The position numbers and the translations under genes were made by a program. Below are positions 1-8,231 of a DNA stretch of 32,000 nt, piece after piece. How positions within the stretch are numbered: position 1 is the stretch's first letter; each line of letters starts with the position of its first letter. A model generated the notes under the pieces. It searched no databases. It was not told where the DNA came from and saw only the letters and a program-made list of their open reading frames with translations. Origin of the DNA: Candidatus Saccharimonas aalborgensis (lineage in GTDB: Bacteria > Patescibacteriota > Saccharimonadia > Saccharimonadales > Saccharimonadaceae); the NCBI RefSeq assembly GCF_000392435.1, contig NC_021219.1, positions 30,001 to 62,000 on the forward strand, written 5' to 3'.

Positions 1-1194
1 GCCGATAAACATGATGTAGGGAATAGCTTTTTTGACGGCAGTCTTGAGCTGCTTATCGATCTTTCGCCCGGTGAAATCAAGCTCAACATTGACTCCTTCA
101 CCGCGAAATTCCTTTGCCAATTTGGCGGCACCACGCAAGCTATCACCGACGACAATCATATAAATATCAGTTGTTGAGAAAAATGTTGGCAATAACCCAT
201 GTGTTTCGAGGAAAAGCTGCGTCATCGTCAGCCCAGGTGCAAACCCAACTGCACTGACCGGATCGGCGCCAAACAGGCTCACCAAACCATCATAGCGGCC
301 ACCACCGAAGAGCGCTCGGTTGTTTTCGGGGTGCGTGTCAAAAAATTCAAACACCGTGCCCGTGTAGTAGTCAAGCCCCCTCATGAGAGTGATGTCAAAT
401 ACGGCGTTTTTTACTCCTGCACGCTCGAGATGAGTGAAAAGCTCTTGAATTTCTTTGACAGCTTCGCTATCACGGATTGCTTCGGGGAGGTCGGCCATGG
501 TCTTGGCAGCGAGAAGCTGTGCAATCTTTTGTAGTCCCGTCGGTGCTGCCTCTTGCCCGAAGATGTCAATCGCTTGATCACGAAATGCATCCGACGCAAT
601 TTTACCTTTTCGATCAAACAGTTTTATCATCAACTGCGCCTGGATCGTGTCAAGCCCCAGGTAGTGTGCCATCATAAAGTTGATCACTTGCCGGTTATTG
701 ATACGGATGGCAAACATGTCATCAGCGGCGCCAAATGCTTTCATAAGGTCGTACCCCATCGAGATAATTTCTGCCTCAGGCAGTGCACCATCCATGCCGA
801 AAATATCGCAGTTGAGTTGCCAAAACTCGCGCTCACGACCCCTTTGAGGGCGTTCGTAGCGCATATACTGACCGATGTTGTACCATCGTGCCGGATAGGC
901 TATCTCCTGACGCCGCGCGGCGATCATACGACTGACACTCGGCGTCATTTCCGGTCGAATCGCTACTCGCCGTTCACCACGGTCAACAAACTGATAGGTT
1001 TGCTCATTGACAAGCTCTTGGCCACTCTTGGCAGCATATACTTCGATCGGCTCGAGTAATGGTGCGTCGTAGGCCTCATAGCCGTAACTTTTGACGATTC
1101 GCCGCCAGGTGCGAAAAATATAATTACGCACACGCATATCTTCGGGATACCAGTCCCGCGCGCCTTTGTACGATTCAGATGAGAGTGAGGTCAT
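1..1194 (-). CDS. hisS: Histidyl-tRNA synthetase, 3' end runs off the window
   Basis: Reverse-strand translation from ATG at 1194: MTSLSSESYKGARDWYPEDMRVRNYIF...YGYEAYDAPLLEPIEVYAAKSGQELVNEQTYQFVDRGERRVAIRPEMTPSVSRM; class II aaRS motifs typical of HisRS. No long ORF is listed in the track because the frame leaves the window. Confidence 0.85.
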   Translation of the reverse strand, partial: MTSLSSESYKGARDWYPEDMRVRNYIFRTWRRIVKSYGYEAYDAPLLEPIEVYAAKSGQELVNEQTYQFVDRGERRVAIRPEMTPSVSRMIAARRQEIAYPARWYNIGQYMRYERPQRGREREFWQLNCDIFGMDGALPEAEIISMGYDLMKAFGAADDMFAIRINNRQVINFMMAHYLGLDTIQAQLMIKLFDRKGKIASDAFRDQAIDIFGQEAAPTGLQKIAQLLAAKTMADLPEAIRDSEAVKEIQELFTHLERAGVKNAVFDITLMRGLDYYTGTVFEFFDTHPENNRALFGGGRYDGLVSLFGADPVSAVGFAPGLTMTQLFLETHGLLPTFFSTTDIYMIVVGDSLRGAAKLAKEFRGEGVNVELDFTGRKIDKQLKTAVKKAIPYIMFIG

Positions 1195-1244
1195 AGTATC
1201 TGTTATTGTTTCATATTTCCCTGCATCACGCAAGGAAAAGCGGG

Positions 1245-1781
1245 TTAGTTCAACACGTGCTGTTGGAGCCACGCATACATGGCGATCCCTGCTGCCACGC
1301 CGACGTTGATACTACGGGTACTACCAAACTGCTCAATCGCGACAGTTTGCTCAGCGTAGTTGCGGAGTTTCTCAGAGATGCCCGGTCCCTCTGCGCCAAA
1401 TAGCAGCACACAGTCCTCGGGCAATAGTGCCTCGGATAGCAGAGACGCGTCTTCGCAGTTATCCACAGCAATCAGTCTCTTCTTGTACTGCCGCATCGCC
1501 GCCACGAAGCTATCGGCGTTGGCATAGTAATGCACATGCAGGTACTTGTCGGTCATCATGGCACCGCGCTTATTCCACTGGCGGCTGCCAATGATGTGCA
1601 CGTGCCGCACACCAAAGGCATTGGCACTGCGAACGATTGTTCCCATGTTGTAATCGCGTGACACATTATCGAGAGCGATTTCGAGCGAGATTGCGTCGGT
1701 ATCGAGATCAGCCACGATCGCATCGATCGACTTGCCTTTGTAAGCATCGATGAGGTTACGGCTATCGTGAGGGGCTTCCAT
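1245..1781 (-). CDS. SpoU/TrmH family RNA methyltransferase
   Basis: 178 aa; NVSRDYNMGTIVRSANAFGVRHVHIIG ... LLFGAEGPGIS ... SINVGVAAGIAMYAW are SPOUT/TrmH motifs. Confidence 0.9.
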   Translation of the reverse strand: MEAPHDSRNLIDAYKGKSIDAIVADLDTDAISLEIALDNVSRDYNMGTIVRSANAFGVRHVHIIGSRQWNKRGAMMTDKYLHVHYYANADSFVAAMRQYKKRLIAVDNCEDASLLSEALLPEDCVLLFGAEGPGISEKLRNYAEQTVAIEQFGSTRSINVGVAAGIAMYAWLQQHVLN

Positions 1782-1980
1782 ATTTTTTAGTATACAAAAA
1801 ACACGCCGATTTCGACGTGCTGACTATGAGCTAGAGAGGGTTTTCCCCGAGAGACAGGTCTCACCTACCATTCGCGCCGAAGCGCCAGGTCAGTGATCCA
1901 GTGTCTCTCGGGTATTCACCCCCTACGCGGTTGGAGTTCTGGCACGGCGCGGTGAAGCGCAGTGCCAGAACCAGGACGGA

Positions 1981-2286
1981 CTACTTCTTGGACCGGTCGA
2001 CGGTCCGTCCGGCCCAAGCGAGGGCCTTCTTGGCCGCGTCGGCGCCGGCCTGGAGCTGCTCTCCCCGGGCCTTATCCGCGGGGGACAGGGCGTGGAAGGC
2101 GGCCCCGACGGCGTCGTCGAAGTTGTCGGCGCCGAGTTCCGCCACCCGGTCCAGGACCCGGTGGGCGAAGACGGTGGCGAAGCCACCCACCTGGCGGACG
2201 GCCCCGCACTTGTGGGCGAGGTCGATGACCTTCGCGGCGCGGTCGGCGACGGCGGCCTGGCTGGCGGCGAGGATGTCGAATCCCAT
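1981..2286 (-). CDS. Small hypothetical protein (about 101 aa, Ala-rich, helical)
   Basis: ORF with RBS-like AAAGGA 8 nt before ATG at 2286 and a consensus promoter upstream (see 2385-2413). GC-rich, unlike the neighbouring intergenic DNA. Confidence 0.6.
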   Translation of the reverse strand: MGFDILAASQAAVADRAAKVIDLAHKCGAVRQVGGFATVFAHRVLDRVAELGADNFDDAVGAAFHALSPADKARGEQLQAGADAAKKALAWAGRTVDRSKK

Positions 2287-2384
2287 TGTTTCCATCCTTT
2301 CTGGCCTTTTTCAAGGGCCAGGTTGTAGGGGGATGAAGGTCTAGTCGTGAGTCGGTATTACTTCGATTCACGAACTCAGTACGC

Positions 2385-2413
2385 ATTATAGCATAAGCCT
2401 TAATTTTTGTCAA
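2385..2413 (-). promoter_or_regulatory. Sigma70-type promoter TTGACA-N17-TATAAT
   Basis: Reverse complement of 2385-2413 reads TTGACA-aaaattaaggcttatgc-TATAAT, facing ORF 1981-2286. Confidence 0.8.
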
Positions 2414-2551
2414 TATGCTTGAGCGTTTGCCGTATGATATAGTGGGATGAGATGCAGATGTGACGGCTGCGTGAAACGCAAATGATTGTAGACGCGCTAG
2501 GCGTTGTATAATGTACAGGTACCGTCTCATTACATATCACATTTTATGTAT

Positions 2552-2638
2552 GCGGATATGGCGGAATTGGTAGACGCGCTAGCTTCAGGTGCTAGTGTAC
2601 GTAAGTACGTGGAGGTTCAAGTCCTCTTATCCGCACCA
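2552..2638 (+). tRNA. tRNA-Leu(CAG), CCA encoded
   Basis: GCGGATA...TATCCGC-A-CCA acceptor; D-arm GGTAGACGC; anticodon stem CTAGC/GCTAG with loop TTCAGGT; long variable arm; T-arm GAGGTTCAAGTCCTC. Confidence 0.95.
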
Positions 2639-2699
2639 ACGATACAGCCCGGCCTCGTGTCGGGTTTTATCGTTGGTATGCATTAGCACTTGGAGCTTC

Positions 2700-2812
2700 A
2701 CGTCGTGGAGGTGAGAACTGCCAGTGGTAGTTCGGAAACGAATCTTCCGACGAAAGCTATGCTTTCTACGCGCGAGTTCGGGGGTCGCGGAACGTGACCA
2801 AGTCCTCTTATC
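2700..2812 (+). ncRNA. tRNA-Leu-associated structured element, copy A
   Basis: Hairpins AACTGCC(2716-2722)/GGTAGTT(2726-2732), GAAAGC(2752-2757)/GCTTTC(2761-2766), GGTCGCG(2783-2789)/CGTGACC(2793-2799). It is followed by CAAGTCCTCTTATC (2799-2812), a 14-bp duplicate of the tRNA-Leu(CAG) 3' part (2618-2631). Confidence 0.5.
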
Positions 2813-2839
2813 ATTGGTGGAGTATTAGAGTAAACTGCG

Positions 2840-3826
2840 TCAAGTTGCTTTCTCTTTGGCTGCGCGCATTGTCGCCCCGGCCAATCCATACACGTTTGTC
2901 GCACTATGGTCAGCATACTTTCCGGTGAGCCGTATCGGAACATATCGCGTAGTCAGGTTGCGGTCGTGCTCGATGGAAGTGCGTATATTGAGATTTGCTT
3001 CATCTGGAGAGACAGTTCCGGTACGCGCCCACACGTGAGCAACGCCGGCTCCTTTGTCGAGAGCATGGCGAATATCATACTCAAGTCGCATTCGGCGCAT
3101 CAAACCCACTATTGCCAAGTTATCTAATCGTGCAGCCCCTATTCCATATAGCATCATCCCGCGTGCAGTGAGTGATTCCAGATGTGCGGCTACTAGAGGT
3201 GATGCGGCATCGTCCTGACGGTTAAGCGAGATATTTGCGGCAAGTTGCTTGCCATCGGTCATAAAAGCCTTGATAAGTTCGTAATGGCTCCGATCTACTA
3301 CGGTAGGAGACTCAAATACCACCATGCTATGAAGAGCCGTATCGGGGTGAGACGCATATGGACCAACGATGGCAGCGCCCTGTGATGGCCCAAAAGTCAT
3401 CACCTCTCCAGCTTCGCCTATCTCTATACGTGCCCGATCAATAAGTGGCGAGGCATCGCCGTGCCTAATACGTGTACGCTCACTGTTAGATAGATTCACA
3501 TTGTCTTCCAAACACGTTGTATTTGGTTGATATATGAGTTTTGATGATGGATTCACCATCGCCCTTATTACGCGAGCCCTTGCCACGGCAGGAATAGATA
3601 TACCATTTGCGTATTCGGCAGGTACCCAGAGAACGCTGTCGTCCCAATCTTTAGGCGTATCGACAACGAGCCTAAAGGCCCTCCCCGCTAGCTCTCTACG
3701 AACAGTATGCGAGCTAACCCACTCTGCATGGTCCGAAAGAGCCTGCTCGACAATAGAGGCTATGAGCTCATCATCCTCGCCAGATACATATGCTTTAGCT
3801 TCAGGATACAGGTCGGTCCAGATCAT
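2840..3826 (-). CDS. Hypothetical protein (328 aa)
   Basis: Long ORF with ordinary amino-acid composition; no family recognised. Confidence 0.75.
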   Translation of the reverse strand: MIWTDLYPEAKAYVSGEDDELIASIVEQALSDHAEWVSSHTVRRELAGRAFRLVVDTPKDWDDSVLWVPAEYANGISIPAVARARVIRAMVNPSSKLIYQPNTTCLEDNVNLSNSERTRIRHGDASPLIDRARIEIGEAGEVMTFGPSQGAAIVGPYASHPDTALHSMVVFESPTVVDRSHYELIKAFMTDGKQLAANISLNRQDDAASPLVAAHLESLTARGMMLYGIGAARLDNLAIVGLMRRMRLEYDIRHALDKGAGVAHVWARTGTVSPDEANLNIRTSIEHDRNLTTRYVPIRLTGKYADHSATNVYGLAGATMRAAKEKAT

Positions 3827-3922
3827 TATGGATCAAGAATACCCTATGCTTTGACATATATCAATATACATTTGATAAGATGTTACCAAGAGAATACATA
3901 ACCATGAGCTATATGGTAGACT

Positions 3923-4507
3923 GTGAGTATGGCAATGAGTTCAAAAGGATTTACGATTCTCGAGTTAATTGTCGTAATTGTCGTTATCGGAACTCTCACC
4001 ACAATCACGGTTGTCGCATTCAATGGCATCCAAGATCGTGCCTATATGTCTCAGATATACGCCAACGTGAGTAGCACCGCAAAGTTAATGAACAGCTATC
4101 ATATATTCAACAGAACCTACCCAATTGTTGCAAACACAAACTGTATCGGAAAAGTGAGCGATTACCCGGCGACGGGAGGGTTTGCGGCGGGGTCTTGCGG
4201 TATTGATACAAGCAATAACTCCTCATGGGGACAAGCAAATGACTCGTTTATGACGATGCTCGGCACAATGGGGACCGTACCAACCGGTACAACACCCCGG
4301 ATTGCCACCCATTACGGGATAAAGTATCGCGGCATTTATTTCCAGATAAATGACTACCCCAAAGGATCGGCGTGGCCCGACTCGGTATTCTTTGAATTTG
4401 CCGTACCGGGCAAGCTAGACTGCCAGGGAAAACCTTACATTTCCCGTTATGACTCGTCGGGTAATTCGACCTATTGTTCGTACTACTTCAACGCAGAGGG
4501 GAACTAG
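3923..4507 (+). CDS. Type IV prepilin-like / pseudopilin
   Basis: N-terminus SSKGFTILELIVVIVVIGTLTTITVVAFNGIQDRA is a class III signal/prepilin N-terminal helix (G|FTxxE). GTG start at 3923, or an internal ATG. Confidence 0.9.
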   Translation: MSMAMSSKGFTILELIVVIVVIGTLTTITVVAFNGIQDRAYMSQIYANVSSTAKLMNSYHIFNRTYPIVANTNCIGKVSDYPATGGFAAGSCGIDTSNNSSWGQANDSFMTMLGTMGTVPTGTTPRIATHYGIKYRGIYFQINDYPKGSAWPDSVFFEFAVPGKLDCQGKPYISRYDSSGNSTYCSYYFNAEGN

Positions 4508-4525
4508 TCCCACACCGCTTAAGAT

Positions 4526-5062
4526 CTACTGTTCACCCGGAACCCAAGATTTCCCGCCGCGACGTAGTGGAGGAAGTGAAAGATGATCGAAGGTGTCTTC
4601 GTACACGGTTACTCCCGCCTCTCGCATAAGTTCGTCACCAAATCTGATACTTTCACCCCAGTGATCATCTCCATACACGACAGGAAACCGCACGACGTGT
4701 CGTATCCCAGACTCTATAATCATACGATCACACTCTGTACATCCTACCCACGGACTAACAAGGCAGGCGCGCCAAGTAGCTTGGCCCAATCGCGCTGCTT
4801 GGGCGATCGCTCGGCGCTCGGCGTGTTCATAAAAACGCAACTTTGTCTCGCGATCTGTGCGACGCGGCTTAGTGTCCTTGACGCCACGCGGCGTTCCGTT
4901 GAATCCGACACCGATTATGTCGCCAGTTTGGCCGAGAATAACTGCACCAGTCTGCGATGAAGGATCTTTGCTCTGAAGTGCAACCTTAAATGCAGCGATC
5001 ATTGCGATATCGATAACATCTGGCGATTGGCCCGTTTGTGCAAATTCGGCACGTGTCAACAT
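4526..5062 (-). CDS. dCMP/cytidine deaminase family (ComEB-like)
   Basis: EHAERRAI ... SPWVGCTECDRMII (HAE ... PCxxC-like zinc site), GVGFNGTPRG. Confidence 0.85.
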   Translation of the reverse strand: MLTRAEFAQTGQSPDVIDIAMIAAFKVALQSKDPSSQTGAVILGQTGDIIGVGFNGTPRGVKDTKPRRTDRETKLRFYEHAERRAIAQAARLGQATWRACLVSPWVGCTECDRMIIESGIRHVVRFPVVYGDDHWGESIRFGDELMREAGVTVYEDTFDHLSLPPLRRGGKSWVPGEQ

Positions 5063-5136
5063 AGTGTCTCTGTTTCCTCTTTAAGCTACGCTGAGTATAC
5101 ACCGATTTACGGTAATCTCAAGCATAAGAGATGTAG

Positions 5137-6759
5137 TTATATCCCAAATCGACCAAGTTGCCCGACGTCATGATGATCGCGCAATAACTCGGCGAGATGT
5201 TTGACATCGTTGGCAGCTTTTACCCCGGGGTTGAGGATACCATGCGGATCAAAAACGCTCTTGATATCCTGATAAAGTTTCACCTGTGTTTCATCAAGCT
5301 GGGCATAGACGAACTTTCCCTTTAGTCTCCCCTCGCCGCCTTCACTAATCATCGTCCCGCCACATGATGTGACGAGTGAGGTGAGTTCATCGAGCAATTT
5401 AAAGATAAGTTGTTTGTCGCTGACCTTGTGGAGTGACAGAGAGGGATACACGGTATAGGTACCAGTATAGGCATGTCCTGCAAGCGGGAGCGCGGTGTGG
5501 AGCTTGTCAGCAAGCTCGCTCAAATGCCCGCAAAATTCTTCAAACCTCTCGCCAGGAATATGAAAGCCACCGTAAAGTCCTGGCGAGGCGGTCTCGACTG
5601 TGTCGGGGAATGATGTGTAATACGCAACATCCAGCGCTGCCATGAGGTCGCCTGCAACATCACCATTGGCGGTAGTCACTGCGACGTTTGCCTTTGCTAC
5701 CAACTTTACCACTTTTTTGAGCTGTTTTTCTCGATGACGTTCGTTGAAGTCGTCAAATCCTAGCAGTATTACCGATTCGCCAGGTGTCTTTGCGACTGCT
5801 TCTGCATAAAACTGAAAAACATGTCCCCTATCGGCAGCGGCGTCGAAGAGAGCTGCATCGAAATACTCGATAAATGCTGGCTGTAGTTTGCACAGCGCAT
5901 CGAGTGCGTCCCTGGCGTCATTGGCTGACTGGTAGACCAGAGCTGCTACGCCAAAATGCAGGCTACGGAACTCTGCGCGCATGATCATCTCAGTGATGAT
6001 GCCTAAGGTACCCTGAGAACCAACAAAGAGTGGCGTCAAGTCAAATGAGCCGTCCTTTTGTTTGACATCGGCTATCGCATTGTACCCCGTTGCATCATCG
6101 GCACGAAGTGAGTCAAGCAACTCACCATTTTCCTCTATCAGGCCATCAATTCCACGGTAAATGTCGCCTTCCATGCCCTGGAGACCTTTGCGTCGATTGA
6201 GCTCGCGCTTACTAATCCGGCCTGTCTGAATCACGTCACCGTTGGCTAGCACCACTTCGAGCTGATCAATAGCTTTTTCGATGGTCCCATACTTGCCAGA
6301 CAGGGGCCCCGCTACACCACTGGCAACAGCTCCGCCGATCGTCCCTATGCCTATCGAACCAAAGAGCGGCATGAGTGCCGTCCCATGCAGAGAAAGTGCC
6401 TGCGATACACCATGGACGGTAGCACCAGGCTGAAGTCGCAGCAGTTTTTGCTTGGCATCATACTCAAATAGTTGATTCATATGCGCCATCGTGACGAGCG
6501 AGATACCTTTGCCAATAGCCGCTCCAGTGGGGTCTGTACCGGCACCACGCACCGTAATCGGCATGACATGGCCTTTTTCGGCAAGCTGCCATGCAAAGCG
6601 CGTTACCTTGCGCACATCGTTGGTTGTCCTCGGATAGATGACGAGCTCAGGTTTTATGGAAAGCACTCCACCGTCTGTACTCACCGCTTGGCAAACATCA
6701 CTCCGTGCTGATACCTCACCGCTGATATGCCCGCGTAGGTAAGTCGCAACTTTACTCAT
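5137..6759 (-). CDS. FAD-linked oxidase / D-lactate dehydrogenase (GlcD-like)
   Basis: 540 aa; KPELVIYPRTTNDVRKVTRFAWQ...VTIRGAGTDPTGAAIGKG...LRLQPGATV...GIGTIGGAVASGVAGPLSGKYG...PHGILNPG. Confidence 0.9.
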   Translation of the reverse strand: MSKVATYLRGHISGEVSARSDVCQAVSTDGGVLSIKPELVIYPRTTNDVRKVTRFAWQLAEKGHVMPITVRGAGTDPTGAAIGKGISLVTMAHMNQLFEYDAKQKLLRLQPGATVHGVSQALSLHGTALMPLFGSIGIGTIGGAVASGVAGPLSGKYGTIEKAIDQLEVVLANGDVIQTGRISKRELNRRKGLQGMEGDIYRGIDGLIEENGELLDSLRADDATGYNAIADVKQKDGSFDLTPLFVGSQGTLGIITEMIMRAEFRSLHFGVAALVYQSANDARDALDALCKLQPAFIEYFDAALFDAAADRGHVFQFYAEAVAKTPGESVILLGFDDFNERHREKQLKKVVKLVAKANVAVTTANGDVAGDLMAALDVAYYTSFPDTVETASPGLYGGFHIPGERFEEFCGHLSELADKLHTALPLAGHAYTGTYTVYPSLSLHKVSDKQLIFKLLDELTSLVTSCGGTMISEGGEGRLKGKFVYAQLDETQVKLYQDIKSVFDPHGILNPGVKAANDVKHLAELLRDHHDVGQLGRFGI

Positions 6760-6866
6760 GGATTTCCCCCATTAGACTCTTTAGGCACAGTATAGCATAA
6801 CGGGGATGGCTCGCCAATCGTGCTTTTGGTTGACCTAGCTGGTGCATTCCCTTTACACTACTCTCT

Positions 6867-7577
6867 ATGTCGCACCAACCAGAGGCAGTCCGTGTCCCTT
6901 ATCTATTGCGTCCCCTCACCATCGATACGATGGATGAGCAACGCCCCTATTACGTGCGCCCAGGATCCATATCGATCGCGCCAGATAGTGGCGCACTCAC
7001 TCTCCAGGGAGGCGAAAAACTCAAACCCGCAAGCCTGCGTCCACCCGTCATGCTGGGTTATGTCGGTATCATGCTTGTCACTCTATTTGAGGGAGATGAC
7101 TGCACCCCGGTACGCGGGTATGTGGCAGATTTGAGGCGTATCGCAAATGGCAATCTCTTCGATACGGGCACCACTGCCGACATGCCAGGTGATCAGGAGG
7201 AGGCAAATTACTGGGAGGAAACAAGAAAGGCCGAACGTCCTATCGTTGCCTGTATTTCACGTGCTGCCATCAAGGGTGCTGAACTCATTTTCGATGGTGA
7301 CCCCCGCTTTGAGCCCGCAACACGAGAGCTGGCAGCCCTCGCCGACAAGCTTGAGGAGGAGCTCAAAAAAGAACAACTAAAAAAAGCAAAAAAGATGCGT
7401 ATCCCCAAATCACTAAAGGATACACCGTCAGCTGGCGGCTCAGACGATGACCCAGGAGACAAAGAGCCATTGAGCCCTCCGAGTGATAATCCGGATGATT
7501 CGGGCAAGGGCGGGACGAAGCTTAAAGTCCGCAAACATGGTCGCAGCGTGGAGCTAGAGACACTAGAGGATGATTGA
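6867..7577 (+). CDS. Hypothetical protein with charged, low-complexity C-terminus
   Basis: 236-aa ORF; KKEQLKKAKKMRIPKS then an S/D/P/G-rich tail. The opposite-strand ORF 7208-7705 is an alternative reading but less credible. Confidence 0.6.
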   Translation: MSHQPEAVRVPYLLRPLTIDTMDEQRPYYVRPGSISIAPDSGALTLQGGEKLKPASLRPPVMLGYVGIMLVTLFEGDDCTPVRGYVADLRRIANGNLFDTGTTADMPGDQEEANYWEETRKAERPIVACISRAAIKGAELIFDGDPRFEPATRELAALADKLEEELKKEQLKKAKKMRIPKSLKDTPSAGGSDDDPGDKEPLSPPSDNPDDSGKGGTKLKVRKHGRSVELETLEDD

Positions 7578-7619
7578 CGAGGCTGTGCTATACTAGTGTT
7601 ATCCTGCCTGCAAACGAAC

Positions 7620-7737
7620 GTGAAATTGGTATACACGTATGCCTTAGGTGAGAGCCGCCAGTGGCGGGTCGCAAGGGAGTCCACTCTTGAAAGCTGTGCT
7701 TTCAAAGATGTGACGACGGGGTCGCGCTAGCGTGACC
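7620..7737 (+). ncRNA. tRNA-Leu-associated structured element, copy B, fused to a 29-nt piece of tRNA-Leu 5' half
   Basis: 7620-7648 is identical to 7805-7833 of tRNA-Leu(UAG). Followed by hairpins CCGCC/GGCGG (7655-7667), TTGAAAGC/GCTTTCAA (7687-7705), GGTCGCG/CGTGACC (7720-7737). Confidence 0.5.
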
Positions 7738-7795
7738 ATATGCTAGGCCATATGCTCCTCGTCGTACATTGCGATATAATGTCCTTACAAATTAT

Positions 7796-7877
7796 GCGGA
7801 TGTGGTGAAATTGGTATACACGTATGCCTTAGGAGCATATGCCTCACGGCGTGCTGGTTCAAGTCCAGTCATCCGCA
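7796..7877 (+). tRNA. tRNA-Leu(UAG), CCA not encoded (ACCC)
   Basis: GCGGATG...CATCCGC acceptor, anticodon stem TATGC/GCATA with loop CTTAGGA, T-arm CTGGTTCAAGTCCAG. Confidence 0.95.
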
Positions 7878-7949
7878 CCAACCATAGTACCGACCCTTGT
7901 GGTCGGTTTTATGGTTAGTAAGCGATACTTTGCTGTACCAGTACCCGCG

Positions 7950-8065
7950 GCGTGGTGGTGAGAACTGCCCGTCGGCAGTTCGCAAGGAAACGTCACCGAT
8001 GAGCTAGGCTCATCTGGCTGACTTTCGGGCCCGCAGAATGTGGGCAAGTCCAGTCATCCGCACCA
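7950..8065 (+). ncRNA. tRNA-Leu-associated structured element, copy C
   Basis: Hairpins GAACTGCC(7962-7969)/GGCAGTTC(7974-7981), GATGAGC(7998-8004)/GCTCATC(8008-8014), GCCCGC(8029-8034)/GTGGGC(8040-8045). The 20 bp at 8045-8064 duplicates tRNA-Leu(UAG) 7860-7879. Confidence 0.5.
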
Positions 8066-8108
8066 AATGAAATGAGCGTCATGCTCATTTTTATTACATT
8101 ATTCATTA

Positions 8109-8137
8109 TTGTTATTTTGTCAATTTTATGATAGAAT
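8109..8137 (+). promoter_or_regulatory. Putative promoter TTGTTA-N17-TAGAAT for the E2-like gene
   Basis: TTGTTA 8109-8114, 17-bp spacer, TAGAAT 8132-8137. Confidence 0.6.
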
Positions 8138-8231
8138 ATTAGTCAGGTACGTTACCCCTCTGCAGCCAGCGAGGTGTAATTGTGCAGTAGTTTTCACCCA
8201 CGATCCTAACCCCTAAGGAGGGGATGTTCTG

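Noticed and set aside
2840-3854. Plus-strand ORF 3534-3854 and other short frames opposite the 328-aa ORF
   Set aside because: Shorter and overlapping a long continuous minus-strand ORF with normal composition; treated as spurious.
2700-8065. Group I intron in tRNA-Leu
   Set aside because: The elements are ~90-110 nt, lack recognisable P3/P7 core sequences and sit at the T-arm, not the anticodon loop. The tRNA genes themselves are intact.
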